From assembly GCA_964016885.1 (NCBI GenBank), contig OZ024740.1, positions 231,694,001 to 231,758,000 of the forward strand: a stretch of DNA of 64,000 nucleotides, written 5' to 3'. Position 1 is the stretch's first letter, and each line of letters starts with the position of its first letter. Below the pieces are notes generated by a model. It made no database searches, was not told the DNA's origin, and saw only the letters and a list, made by a program, of their open reading frames with translations. Positions 13,466 to 29,159 of the stretch are shown here, one piece after another. Source of the DNA: Eledone cirrhosa (taxonomy: Eukaryota). A program made the position numbers and the translations under genes.

Positions 13466-14082
13466 GAATCACTTTAAAATTTTAAAAAACCCTTAAAACA
13501 ATGAAAGTCCAAAATATATTCTTACCTTCAATCTCATCTGAGGATAGTTTTGGAATCTGAAACGAAGAAAATGTGTCCATGAATATATATATATATATTT
13601 TTCCAGCTTCTACGGCCCACTATCTTTCACACACACACACTCACATACATACACACATACACATATACACACACAGTTACACACACATATATATTTACAC
13701 ACACATATTTTACGGCTTTCACACGCTAGCGCACCCTATTGATTTAACCCAATTGGTCAGTAGCTTTTGCCACAGCCTATCACGCGCACGCGCATTCTTT
13801 CCCTCGTTTGAATTTTCCCCATAACGGCATTCCTAAGTTTTAACGACAATACAACTTTCTCCGGCTTAGCCTGTTCCCCCCCTTTTGGAACTTTTCCCCC
13901 GTTGATGGGCGTGAGCCCGAAATATTGGGATTAAATCTCCTCTACGGTAACCCTTCTACCTTTGTTTTGTTTTCATTTTCATTTTCACTTTTCTCCTATT
14001 TCTCACTCACTTCTTACCTCGAGTTTTCCCATCTGCATTGTTGTGGCTTTCTAAACTACATATTTTATATATATATATATAT

Positions 14083-15492
14083 ATTAAAATAACAGATTAA
14101 AGTTTAAGCAAAGAATCGCTGCTTTCACCCTTAATGGGATCTTCTGAAATTAACAAAGTCAATCTATAAACGCAGAAGTGGATATTTAAAAAAAACGTTG
14201 CAACCGGAGGAAGACAGGAAGACAATACTTTGGTTCGTGGAAACGTTCCCTGGCAAAGAACGGGAAAAAACGAATATAATACGTCATTATTTGGAGCGGT
14301 GAAAAAAAAATTACACGCAAATACAAAACCACGTTTATGGTTTAAAAGAAGTCGTACACTAATATTCTATTAGGTGGTTCATAGAGACGTTCTCAGGCAA
14401 TGAACGAAAAAAAATGAAGATAATACGTCATATGTGGAGCGTGGAGAACAATTGCACGCAAAGACAAAACCACGTAAATGGTATAACTGAAGTCGTAGAC
14501 TAAAATTCTAACTAGGAGACCGAATGATTCTCCGCTTCAGAGTTAAGAATAAAGTAAATAAAATACAGAAGTAATTGAGATGAATAACTACATACACGCA
14601 TCCATATACGTATATACACAAGCATACGCAAAACACTCGCCATAGTTATGCAAATACACGCACGCACACGACCCCCCCCCCCCCCCCAAAAAAAAAACCC
14701 GCACGCATATACAGAACCCACGCAACGCCTGTACCCGCACGCATACGAATGTATCCACCAAATACATTCGTATGCGTGCGGGTACAGGCGTGGGTTATGT
14801 ATGTGCGTGCGAGGTTTTTTTTTCTGTGTGCGTGCATGTATTTATATACCTATGGCGAGTGTTTTGCGTATGCTTGTGTATGTACGTATATGGATGCATG
14901 TATGTATTTATTTATCTCAATTACCTCTGTATTTTATTTACTTTATTCTTAACTCTGAAGCCGAGAATCATTCGGTCTCTTAGTTAGTATTTTAGTCTAC
15001 GACTTCTGCTATACCATTTATGTGGTTTTGTCTTTGTGTGCAATTGTTCTCCGCGCTCCACATATGACGTATTATCTTCGTTTTTTCCGTTCATTGCCTG
15101 AGAACGTCTCTATGAACCACCTAATAGTGTACGACTTCTTTTATACCATAAACGTGGTTTTCTCTTTGCATGTAATTTTTTTTTCACCGTTCCAAATAAT
15201 GACGTATTATATTCGTTTTTCCCGTTCTTTGCCAGGGAACGTTTCCACGAACCAAAGTATCGTCTTCCTGTCTTCCTCCGGTTGCAATGTTTTTTGAAAT
15301 ATTCCCTTCTGCGTTCACAGATTGACTTTGTTAGTTTCAGAAGATCCCGTTAAGGGTGAAAGCAGCGATTCTTTGCTTAAACTCTAATCTGTTATTTTAA
15401 TAAATATTTTCTCTACGGTTCTTATATATTTGCTATATATTTATCCTTATCGAGCCCTCTTTGGATTTTAGTCTTCAAATTTATTATTATTA
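14083..15492. repeat. Long palindromic element, family E (~560-bp arms)
   Basis: 14083-14645 is the reverse complement of ~14870-15400. Single-arm copies at 27835-28395 and 62055-62400. Confidence 0.92.
15333..15383 (+). ncRNA. Type I HHR, family E, CAGAAGA core
   Basis: agttt CAGAAGA t-ccc-gttaa-ggg-t GAAA gca-gcgattctt-tgc TT aaact. Also at 14101(-), 28243(+), 43499(-), 56064(+) and 62328(+). Confidence 0.75.
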
Positions 15493-15502
15493 CTATATAT
15501 AT

Positions 15503-15685
15503 TGGATTGGCAGTATCGGTAGAGGGTCGGACGTCATGCTTTCCAGCATAGTTCCGTCCCTTTACGATCTGAATTCAAATCCCGCCGAGGTTGACTTTGC
15601 CTTTCATCCTTAAGGGGTCGATAAAATAAAGTACCAGTAATGCACTGGGTAATTGCTGGCCTTGTGCCTAAAGTAGAAACAATTA
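15503..15685 (+). mobile_element. tRNA-derived SINE with Meta-like domain
   Basis: ggattggcagtatcggtaga...ttcaaatccc...actttgcctttcatcctt..ggggtcgataaaataaagtaccag. Confidence 0.85.
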
Positions 15686-15686
15686 C

Positions 15687-15714
<28 letters not shown>

Positions 15715-15720
<6 letters not shown>

Positions 15721-15925
15721 AAAGGTAAACAGAAATCACAACATAATCGGTACAGTATATGGAAGGGATATATTAGGTTAACGCTTGATATAGCTGGAAG
15801 AGGGTCTTAACGTTTCGGAAACTAGTCCTTCATCTGAAGGAAGAATGAGAAAAAAGATAGATTGAGGGGACGGGTGGGATAGAATTGGAGAAAATGTCTT
15901 TAGATAAAAATAACAGGTCCATTCA
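15715..15925 (-). mobile_element. PLE pLTR fragment, family F, with HHR-like motif
   Basis: The minus strand reads CAGATGA agga-ctagtt-tcc GAAA cgtt..., homologous to 26485-26610. Confidence 0.6.
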
Positions 15926-15934
15926 TGTTCACAT

Positions 15935-15975
<41 letters not shown>

Positions 15976-16659
15976 TTAATGCATATTATATATATATATA
16001 ATATGTATTAATTAATTACTAACACCACCGCAAATTGCATACAAATTAGTCAGTCCATTTCAGAGTAATACTAAGAGCCAATGGTTAAATGGTTATATAT
16101 ATACTCCCCCCAACCAGAAAAGGTTTCCTTGTGGTTAATTGTATGATATACACACCTTCTGGTGAAGGTTCAATTAGGTCCGGAAATCGATCAAATATGT
16201 TTATCATGTTTTTCAATTTACAGGGAAATTCGTACTTTCTGCTATGTTTACATGTCTACAAATTACATATGCCTATATATTTATACACGTTGGTACAGGC
16301 TCGGTTACACATTTTGTATTGGTACAGATATAACTTCATCATACACCTCAGCTTCTAACTCATTTCTTTATATATATATTGTTATAATTTGGGAGGGTCA
16401 TGCTGTCACTAAAGTCACACACGTACCAGTTGAGTTTATTATTATTTGAATAACTAATTAATTTTTCGGTTACTTTAGTAACTGATAAATAGACTAGTTA
16501 CCCAACTAGTGGTGGTTGTTTCGTCACATCTCCTGTGACATTTCCAATGACTATTCTTACATCTCTGAGTATCTTTTTTCTTCTGATCTTGTTCTATCTC
16601 CTCCATCTTGTATTTTTTAGGTGGGTATCAGGTCTACGGGTGCCCGCGCGCGTGTGTGC

Positions 16660-16717
<58 letters not shown>

Positions 16718-17020
16718 GCGTGTGTAACAGTGTGATGTTACTTCTACGCCCTTCTGTGTTTTGGCATATGTAGTTTAAACACATTGTCAGAATTTTTATA
16801 CTGAACGTAACCTTACTGATTCCCCACCATTAAATATAAAATTTAAACTACTAGACAAGAGAATGTTACACCTTATAAATCACCATCCAGTTTAGTTATA
16901 AATAAAAATAAAAACAAAAACGGTGTAATTGTTAACACGCTCTGGCAATTTAAGAAAGTTGATTGCACATTTCACCAGCTTACAGATAAAAAACATTAAA
17001 TAAAAAGAAAACATTATCCA

Positions 17021-17212
17021 GGGCGGTGGATTGGCAGTATCGGTAGAGGGTCGGACACCATGCTTTGCAGCAAATAGTTACGGCCCTTTATGGTTTGAGT
17101 TCAAATCCCACCGGGGTTAACTTTGCCTTTCATCCTTACGGGGTCGATAAAATAAAGTACCAGTAATGTACTGGGATAATTGTTGGCCTTGTGCCAAAAG
17201 TAGAAATAATTA
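17021..17212 (+). mobile_element. Meta-like tRNA SINE
   Basis: Same family as 15503, with B box gagttcaaatccc. Confidence 0.88.
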
Positions 17213-18224
17213 TCTATATTAAAAAAAATGATTCATTATAAAATAGCAAGAATTTGACAAGATATGTTAGGAAGGTGTATAAAACAGTGTGGCTGTTCTG
17301 AATCAACTACACATTTAAATAATATAACAAGTACTTTTATTGACATTAGTTTTAAAAATAGATACCGTTTAGAAAATGCTTTGCAGATTATTCTAAAGAG
17401 AGAAATAAAAGACAACTTTTTAACAAAATGTACAATTTTAAAACGTCTTTAACTTGAAGTTATAATTCAGCATCGTTTCATTAAGAAATATAAATTTTAA
17501 CTACTTGATCGATTTCACTGCCACCTAAGGTATATATGTATTAAAGCCTGGTATATTCTAGAATATATACATTGACGCTGAACATCCTTCTCAATCCTTT
17601 TTCCTACGAGCCTACATATACACAATACATACTGTATACTAACAAGCATACAGACATATATGCAGATATACATATCTGTACTAGGTGAATTCCCATATTG
17701 TAAAACTTTCAAGTGAAAATTTGTAAGGGTATAGATACAAACACGTACTTAGATAAATGTCATCTACTTAGATTAGCTTATGTCGAAACCATTGAACCAT
17801 AAAAATGGCATCAGTCAATAATAAATGAATCTAATCAATATTTCAATTGTACACTATTATGATGAATAAGCCTGGAAATATTTCCAAATGTATTTACGTA
17901 AAACACACATACTTTCTCTCTCGCTAGGAGAGTATATGCAAAGTAGTATACATATCTCTATACGATGAGATTATATCATATTTCTTCTATAATTTTTCCG
18001 TGTTTATGCCCGATCTAGTGTTCTTCGTGTTATACAGAATTACGTAACTGGGATTATAATATAACATAACACGTGACGCGAAGCATGTTTACTTCCTCAG
18101 GAAGATTTTACGAATAGTTCTAGTGATAGCATTGAGCTTTATATATAGACCCTCTCAATGACTCTGACATGAAGGATACAGGTCAAAGGAATAAAAAAAG
18201 TGTAAAAAGATGACTAGATAACTA

Positions 18225-18255
<31 letters not shown>

Positions 18256-18281
18256 TATATATATATATTTATATATATATA

Positions 18282-18501
<220 letters not shown>

Positions 18502-18504
18502 TGT

Positions 18505-18697
18505 GGGTTCAATCAGGGGTAACTACAGTAAGTAAGGTACTCAATACATAACAGAGTATAAATATTTAATATAGAAATGGCTTTTACAGGACTATAACTG
18601 TTTCATTCAAAGGAAATCATCAGGAAAGCCCTGATTGGGCTAGCCTGAATGTAGAAGCCATTTCTATATTAAATATTTATACTCTGCTATGTATTGA

Positions 18698-18700
<3 letters not shown>
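18505..18700 (-). repeat. Palindromic mini-element related to family A, HHR at 18579-18630 (-)
   Basis: The minus strand reads ggctttc CTGATGA tttcctttgaat GAAA cag-ttatagtc-ctg TA aaagcc. Arms at 18538-18583 and 18655-18700. Confidence 0.8.
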
Positions 18701-18790
<90 letters not shown>

Positions 18791-19394
18791 TAGAAAAGAA
18801 TCCATGTGTGAAAGATAAAAAAAAAGTAAAAGGGTAGTAATAAACTAAATGTGGACTTGAAACCCGTAAGCATGCTGCTTAACAACACCCTGGCATTTTA
18901 GAACTAATTACATTTTAACGAGAGCCTGAATGTTTAGTTTCATTTTATGAAACTTAGATCTCTCTTCGGGGGTTTACACATGGGTCCTTATGTGAAACAA
19001 TTTACTGCCAGAACACTTCCATATTAGAATACAAGAAAAATCATGGGAGGTGGTGGTAATATTAGTAGAAGTAGCAGTAGTAGTATTAGTAATAGTAACA
19101 GTGTCAAGCATAGGCATATTTACATATAGTGAAAGCTTGACTAGCTTGTATTAATTAGCGACAGTACTAACACAGTGTGACTGCAAACAGCGTTCACCAT
19201 CATCTGATTGTAAGAAACCGAGTGTTGGTGAACTGTAACGTCAGTGAAATGCAGCCACCACTCTTTCCTTGATGCTAGAGTAGCAATTGAATGTATATTA
19301 TGCCAACATGTAGTGTATGGATTCATAGACGTTTCTATATGTTGTATCTGTAAACAATTTTAAATTTGTTAATCCTTTAATTTTAACAGAACAT

Positions 19395-19790
19395 GTTAGA
19401 CCGCGAAGATGGCAAGCGCTCTGGTGGAATCACCCTCTTCCCATTCGAAGGAGGTAGATCCCTCATCTCGGACGCCACCTGTTACGAGGCGTTCTCCGCC
19501 TCCAAATTAGTCGCTTCGGTCACAACGTAAAATAAACAATTACCGGGGTTTGTCCGGTCGCTTCTTCTTCGCACCAGTTGCCGTCGGGACCTCAAGCGTA
19601 CTTAGACCCCGTACCGCCTAGCTCCTCGCAAGATCGGAGCGTCGATGGCCTGTCTGAGGAGGGACCTCGCGAGATTGGGTGGCTGTTGCAGTGGGTGTCA
19701 CTGGCCATCGTCCGCGGGAATGCTTCTGCCGTCTTGTCAACGGAGCACATCACTTCTGCCCTCTTGTCCTAGGCCCAAAGCCCAATCACC
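19395..19790 (+). mobile_element. Degenerate CRE-like non-LTR 3' fragment (RLE domain)
   Basis: DREDGKRSGGITLFPFEGGRSLISDATC and WLLQWVSLAIVRGNASAVL. Homologous to 56892-57370. Confidence 0.75.
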
Positions 19791-20307
19791 CCCACACCCT
19801 CCACTTCACACACCCTCTCTTCTGCGATACCAGAGCTCTTGCCATCCCCTCCCCTTCCCGATCTTTTTCTTCTTTGTTTGTCTCCTCTTTTTTTTTCTAT
19901 ATTTCCCTATTCTCTCTTTCCTTTTGTCTCACCCTCTTTTTTAGTTTTTCTATATTGAAAATCTTTTAATTTTATATCAGTTTCACAATCTTTTGATTTT
20001 TCAATGGTAAATAAAATAAGACAAAAAATTAAAACAGAAAAAAAAAAACAAACAAGCAAAACTTTCGCACCAATAAAACATGATGAAAGTTCAAATGTTC
20101 GATAAGTTTTATATCAATAATACATTGGGGAAATTCAAAAGTTTGATAAGTGTCATAGCAATAAAACATAATGAACATTTAAAGTACGAGAAAAGATTTA
20201 CATGATGTAGCCTGCGATGTAAAGCGGAAACATCCTCTCTGGTTTCCTGTTCGATGTGTCACTTTTTCTATCACTAAAAAAATTTCACTTTATTTTATTC
20301 TCCATAG

Positions 20308-20382
<75 letters not shown>

Positions 20383-20389
<7 letters not shown>

Positions 20390-21374
20390 TTAGAAACACA
20401 CAGATACATGCGGACACACACATATATACATGAATGCATCCGCACCCAACTGTGAGTTAAGGGTGCCAACTTCACCGATGTTGCTCAATGAATGACCGGG
20501 ACAGACCAATTCAGTTGAACCAGACTGAACCAGTATCAGAGTTAAAAATACATTATGAAGAGAGAAGAAACATTTAGATATAATTAGTAATAAAATGTAT
20601 CATACCTAAACTGCTCCTAAATTCCTCGACTACGTAGTTTCGTGGCATAAACAAAAACAATATATCATAAAGATATAGAGTCCCTGCGAGGTCTGCCGAC
20701 TTATCAAGAGGATACCTCATTTTACTAGTCTCAAGAACGCGTCTACACGACGTGAGAAAGAATCCCAAAAGGCGGAGGGGGAGATAGTCACGCGATATAA
20801 CGGTCGAGAAACAGAGCTAAACCTCTTATAACCACGAAGAAAATACCACGGAGGCGGAGGGGGTATTCATATCGAGGCCGCAGAAGAGGTGGTGAAGAAG
20901 GCTAGAAGTATGAGTAATGGAAGCTTTCCAGTTGTCCCCACACTTCAAAGATTGCTCGACCAGAGGGAGTTATTAACAATATATTTAGAAACACACAGAT
21001 ACATGCGGACACACACATATATACATGAATGCATCCGCACTCTTCTGCGGCCTCGATATGAATACCCCCTCCGCCTCCGTGGTATTTTCTTCGTGGTTAT
21101 AAGAGGCTTAGCTCTGTTTCTCGACCGTTATATCGCGTGACTATCTCCCCCTCCGCCTTTTGGGATTCTTTCTCACGTCGTGTAGACGCGTTCTTGAGAC
21201 TAGTAAAATGAGGTATCCTCTTGATAAGTCGGCAGACCTCGCAGGGACTCTATATCTTTATGATATATTGTTTTTGTTTATGCCACGAAACTACGTAGTC
21301 GAGGAATTTAGGAGCAGTTTAGGTATGATACATTTTATTACTAATTATATCTAAATGTTTCTTCTCTCTTCATA

Positions 21375-21378
<4 letters not shown>
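20383..21378. repeat. Palindromic element, family G (~335-bp arms) with a 60-bp direct duplication
   Basis: 20550-20887 is inverted at 21040-21378, giving identical 64-aa ORF-track entries. 20385-20444 is repeated at 20980-21039. Confidence 0.93.
21216..21305 (+). ncRNA. Type I HHR, family G, U3-A8 core; mirror at 20623-20712 (-)
   Basis: tcctc TTGATAA gtcggca...tgccac GAAA ctacgtag TC gagga. Confidence 0.85.
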
Positions 21379-21441
<63 letters not shown>

Positions 21442-21558
21442 TAACCGGCCTAGAATAGAAAAAAACTTTCAAGCGATAAAATCTGTGTAAACTTCCAAAA
21501 TGCTTTTTCAACCCCAGAATATTTCCTTATATTTCTACTTTTGTGGAAACTTGCAACA

Positions 21559-22173
<615 letters not shown>

Positions 22174-22955
22174 CAAGCTTTATATATATACCGATATACA
22201 CGTTTACCTTTCTCATATATATTTTCTCTCATTTTGCATCAATGTACCTTTTCTTTTGGTTTTGTTTTGATTCATGTGATAGAAGAAGATATTAACTAAT
22301 TGTTTACCTAATTACTACGTTTCATACCTTTTTATCTTCTTTTCTACTACACGGTACTATCGTTCAATATATTGATAATATATCTGAAGTATCCAATATT
22401 GACCCACTTTTCTAAACTTCTTACTTTAATTTAAACATCTCCCTATTTACTCTTTATATATATATATTTTTTTATTCACTTCAATCAAGTTTTTAACGTT
22501 TAATTTCTAATTTTCCATCTTAACTTCCACTGTGAAACCATAATATCTAGAAATATGTTTATATTCTCATAGCGGGGATGGTCAACCCCATTATCCAGAC
22601 ATAGATTAGGGGTAGTATTAAGGCCTATTGAAACTCATACTCTGCCACCACCACCAGATTTCGGTCAGCTGCCATTGGCAAGGCACATCGCAGTATACTT
22701 TAACAGTGTCATATTACCAGCCTGGATGGGGTGATCGTATGGTTAGAGGGTTAGAGGGGGGGGGGGGGTCCTAGGCTAGTTTTTAGTGAGTTTGGTGTAG
22801 TGGATAGTCAGCTTCCGTTTGTGTCTGTGAAGACTTGCAGAGGTGTATTGTTGACCACAGGGGAAAGGGTAGGCGATTCAAGAACACGCGCCTTGTCCGT
22901 TCCCTTGTCGCTTCTGTTTGGATTGCCTTGGGAACGTAACCTTATTATATTAGAA

Positions 22956-23030
22956 GCTGTCTGATGATGTCACGGCACTGGGTACACGGAATCGTGTGGC
23001 CACCGTCGTCATTGAAATATGTATCACAGC
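22956..23030 (+). ncRNA. Type I HHR, family I
   Basis: gctgt CTGATGA [branched stem II] GAAA tatgta TC acagc, followed by AATAAA at 23037. Confidence 0.88.
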
Positions 23031-23200
23031 ATTACCAATAAATAACTTTAACATCTGAATCTACTTCGCATTTTCTCATTCTCTGTATGTATTTATATAT
23101 ATATATATATATATTGGGCTTATATTAAAATATAACCTAATGTTTGTTGAGTGAGATGGTTACCAGTCAGAGATTAGCTTTAAACTATCTCTGTTATTGC

Positions 23201-23269
<69 letters not shown>

Positions 23270-23271
<2 letters not shown>

Positions 23272-24070
23272 AAGTATATATCCCTACACGCAAAAAGCGT
23301 CCAGGGACACATGTATTGTCCAACCATATGCCAATGTGGTTCAATGGGAGGTTAATAAATTCACGAGCCAGAACATATATAATCAAAGTTTAGCAAATAA
23401 GAAAAAGTTTCAAAATAAATTTTAAAAAATTCACTGTACTCACTATGGTTACCTTTACCGAATCGGTTTCGAGTCTCAAAAATAAATGGACAGTCCTTGC
23501 GGCCTTCCATTGAAAAGATAAACTCTCGTCAGAAGGTTCTTTTCACTCGGAGAATATAAAATTCCCGAGTTCAAATTACGAACTGGCGCTATTCAAAATT
23601 GTTCCCGAGATGAGAATGAATGATGTGGAAGCAATTCTGTCCAGTGCCGTGTGTAAAGATAGAAGCAGAGGCAGGGAGGTCAGTCTACTACCACTATAAA
23701 TAGCAGCAGTCAGAACGACCAAATTTGGTCGAGATAAAATTTGGTCGTTCTGACTGCTGCTATTTATAGTGGTAGTAGACTGACCTCCCTGCCTCTGTTT
23801 CTATCTTTACACACGGCACTGGACAGAATTGTTTCCACATCATTCATTCTCATCTCGGGAAAAATGTTGAATAGCGCCAGTTCGTAATTTGAACTCGGGA
23901 ATTTTATATTCTCCGAGTGAAAAGAACCTTCTGACGAGAGTTTATCTTTTCAATGGAAGGCCGCAAGGACTGTCCATTTATTTTTGAGACTCGAAACCGA
24001 TTAGTGAATAAAGTGAATTTTTTTAAATTTATTTTGAAACTTTTTCTTATTTGTTAAACCTTGATTATGT
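23270..24070. repeat. Palindromic element, family D subfamily (~340-bp arms); HHR 23451-23537 (-) intact, 23926-24002 (+) with cleavage site deleted
   Basis: Centre gaccaaattt-ggtcgagata-aaatttggtc. The minus strand reads acctt CTGACGA gagtt...gactc GAAA ccgattcgg TA aaggt. Confidence 0.92.
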
Positions 24071-24199
24071 CCCTATGGATCTCCAATCTTTTGTGAAGTG
24101 AAACCGATCGGTAAAAGCAATTGGAATAGGTAAATATTTAAATTATATTTTTTAATTTATTTAAAAAAATTGTTTGACTCTTGCTTGTTCTGCTTATCT

Positions 24200-24246
<47 letters not shown>

Positions 24247-24261
24247 CACACACATATATAT

Positions 24262-26620
24262 ATCAGCCGATGTCTTCAACACCACTTCATTCCCCGAGAT
24301 TTTCGCCTCAAATTCCACACCAGTTCGTACTCAGCCCTAATCATTGAATCAATCCTTACCAGCTTCTCTCGCCATCTCATGCGAGTGACCCTCCGTTCCA
24401 CCCTCTCTCAAATCCATTCTCTCAACCGAGATCTCCCTAATTCCTACCATCTTCTTTCCTCAACTTGCCTCCCTCTTCTCGCCCAATCCATAGTCCATTT
24501 CCTACTCCCCACAATCGCCTCTTCAGTTTGCTCACCCTCTTCAAGACACAAAACCTTGACACATGTGCTGAGGTTGAACGGTTCTTACATCATCTAAAGC
24601 TACAAGTATTCTTCTACAACGCACCCTCATCGGCCCAAACAAACTGTTGAACAAGCCTCAGCTGCCGGCAATCACGTGGACGCAAGTCTTTCGTGTAGCC
24701 ATGGGTACAATAATGGGTCCTAACTACGCCAACTTGTTCGTTGGCTACGTTGAGACCTTGATCTTCAACCAGTACACTGGTCTGCTTCCTGAGCTATACG
24801 GTCGTTACATCGACGATTGTATTGGTGATCCTTCTCTCTCTCGTGAACAGCTCGATTCCTTTCTTTCTTTTGTCCAGTCTTTTCATCCTGCCCTCTCCTT
24901 TACCACCTTTTTTGTCGCCAAATCTTCTATCCAATCTCTTGACATCTCTCTGACTATTTACCACACACACCACACATTCTCTACATCCATCCTCTATAAA
25001 CCCACTGATTCCCACTCTTATCTCGATTTCACCTTCTCCAATCCCACTCACACCAAAACCTCCATAACCTACTCCCAATTCCTCCGTCAACGTCGGTTCT
25101 GTAGCCAGGACCACGATTTCGTGACCTAGTCCCAACACATGGCCTCCCGTTTCATCCAGCGTGAATATCCCCCTACTCTGATCCAAGCTACCCTCACTCA
25201 CGCCCGTGAAACCGACCGTATCACAGCTCTCTCACCTCCCAACATTCGCCTTCCTTTCCCTCTCACCTACAAACCGATCACCCTACCTCTCCGGTGACAT
25301 ATTCTCCTTTGCTTCCGCACCCTGTCTACTGATCCAGTGACTTCTCACTTTTTTCCACATCCACTCAGCACTGCCTTTAGCGCGCTTGTAATCACTGTGA
25401 CCTCTTGGTACGCAGTTCCTTCCCTTCCTCTCCTAGGACTCCACCCGGATACCCACCCCTCTTCTCGTCCCCGCTGTAACAGCATTTCCTTCATTTCTAA
25501 TCTCATCAGACCCACAAACACTAACACGTCATTCAATATTCGCCACTCCTTCACCTACACATTCACCCACGTGGTCTATGCGTTCCGGTGATGCATTTGC
25601 GGGTCCATATACATCAGACAAACAGGTTGTCATCGGCAGGACCGTTTTGCTGAACACCTGGAGGATGTAGGACTCGGTATTGACCCCCCCACCCCCCGTC
25701 ACACGTCATTCCGTTCCCAAGACCACTCTTCCCAACATGTCTTAGTCCTTGGCCTCCTTTTACATCACGGATCACTGGGCTCGCGCACCAGGACTGGCTA
25801 GAGTCGAATTTTCCACCTTGGGTCCACTTTCTTTAACGAACTCAACTACCCTCCCCAATTTTTAAAAATGTTATACACATACACTGTTGCTTACTTCTCT
25901 ACCCTTCACCACTGTCACCCCTACCTCATTCACTGTCACACACGCACGCGTACATTTACCCCTAGGTTTGTATGGCTCTGTTATGGTCAGAAACACAGCC
26001 TCTTGCAGCTTATACAGACCAACAAAAAAAGCACATAAACCTCTACACTTACCTTCACAGTTCTATACGGATGAAAAACTAACACACACACGCACACACA
26101 CACACGCACAGAAACATACACACACACAGACACACACACATGCTCACAACTTCGTACTTACAAATACTCACACTCTCTTAACCTTACATATACACACACA
26201 TATCCACCTAGCTTTGTACGGACGAATAACAAACACATACACACCCGTATAGGCACGCGCACACGTACAGCTCTATATACAAAACAATTTTTTTTCTTTT
26301 TCAGCTAGACGCGCTCGATCACCACCTTTTAAAACAAAATCCTATTACATAAAACGCCAGCATTAATAGTCTTTCAAGAGATGGCGAGGAAAATAGAAAT
26401 GTTTTTCCTCTAAAAGGTTTTTCTTCCGTTTCTGCCGCTGCCCAGTCTCCTCAATCTTTCTATTTATTCTTTAATTTCGCATTCTATTTTCTGATGAAGG
26501 AATAGTGTCCGAAACGTTCAGGCTATTTTCCTACTTTATGAAGTGTAAAACTAATAATATATTTCTTCATTGTACTGTGTCATTTGGTTTGTTACATCTG
26601 TTTTCCTTTTGCATACATAC
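24262..26620 (+). mobile_element. Pseudogenised, internally deleted Penelope-like element
   Basis: VAMGTIMGPNYANLFVG, YGRYIDD, YKPTDSHSYL, and VVYAFR*CICGSIYIRQTG (GIY-YIG). Confidence 0.9.
26485..26555 (+). ncRNA. HHR, family F, in the 3' pLTR of the PLE
   Basis: CTGATGA agga-atagtg-tcc GAAA cgttca...tgaagtg TA. Stems I and III are imperfect. Confidence 0.65.
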
Positions 26621-26650
26621 ATACATATAAACATATATACATGTATATAC

Positions 26651-26734
<84 letters not shown>

Positions 26735-26999
26735 CGGCGATGAATTAGTTTTGCGAGGTTTTTTATATGAAAACAATGGCAACATTGAGGACCGAGTAAG
26801 TTAGATCGCAGATATATATATATAAAAGACAGCGAGAAGCGAAAACCAACCAAACAGTGAGTGTGTTCTGTTATTAATTCTGGCAATATTACGCTAATAT
26901 GACCCTCCCCAAATATATATATATATATATATATTAATAAGGTAATGAATTCTTTTACAATGGAATCAGCTCGAATGAGGAAAATATCCCCTGAGCAGT

Positions 27000-27470
27000 G
27001 TATAAATTAATATGTAAGTGATGAAACACAGATACCAACACATCTGCATATATATTGCAAAAGAAAAATTTAGCCAGATTGAAGTATACTAATTATTATA
27101 CTACAGTTTGTCCATATCGATTTAAAATAATAAATCAACGGAGACGAGCTGTATTGGCAAAAGGCCGTGATGTTTAGACACATTTAAATTTCAAAATCAA
27201 ACCCGTTCCGTTTTAACTCGAAACATATTTGGATCTTAAAGTCTAAACTTATCTACGGAACGGGTTTGATTTTGAAATTTAAATGTGTCTAAACATCACG
27301 GCCTTTTGCCAATACAGCTCGTCTCCGTTGATTTATTATTTTAAATCGATATGGACAAACTGTAGTATAATAATTAGTATACTTCAATCTGGCTAAATTT
27401 TTCTTTTGCAATATATATGCAGATGTGTTGGTATCTGTGTTTCATCACTTACATATTAATTTATATATAT
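27000..27470. repeat. Palindromic insertion (~210-bp arms)
   Basis: 27001-27209 is inverted at 27255-27465. Confidence 0.93.
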
Positions 27471-27484
27471 ATAAAGAGAGAGAG

Positions 27485-28497
<1,013 letters not shown>

Positions 28498-28655
28498 CGG
28501 CGATGAATTAGTTTAGCGAGGTTTTTTATATGAAATCGTGTGTCGAAATATTGGGCAGATATAAAAGACAGCGAGAAGCGAAAACCAACCAAACAGTGAG
28601 TGTGTTCTGCTATTAATTCTGGCAATATTACACAAATATGACCCTCCCCAAGTAT

Positions 28656-28714
<59 letters not shown>

Positions 28715-29159
28715 AAAACGTTTAACCCCAACGTGTCACCGTGAAAACATTCACGTAAATTTACTAACTTGCTAAATGGAAAAACTGCTGGTCGTATTTC
28801 AAAATACAATTTACTGTCGTCAAGAAAGAACATAATGTAGTTATAAACATTCTATGTATGAAGAAAAAACGTGATGGTAAGTGATGGTTTGAGCGACATA
28901 CTGATAGTTTAGCAGTATTGGGATTTATGTTAATAACTACCGCGAGAAGGGTGACAGCGACAATTATGATAGCTAACTGAAACCATAGAAATTTCTCATT
29001 TTATAACATCTTATTTTCATTTTGGTGTATAAATATATAGTTATTTCGTTTTTGCAGTTGTTTTGCAGGATTTCTTATTTGAAAACGTGTGTTGAAACAT
29101 ATATTATTCTCAGCCAGATGGCTGAAACAGGTAAAAGAGTAAAAGAGTAAAAGAGTATT

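Noticed and set aside
19141-19350. Possible minus-strand exon
   Set aside because: No recognisable protein and no convincing donor site.
20574-21354. Identical 64-aa ORFs on opposite strands
   Set aside because: Consequence of the DNA palindrome; TTG start, and they overlap the HHR.
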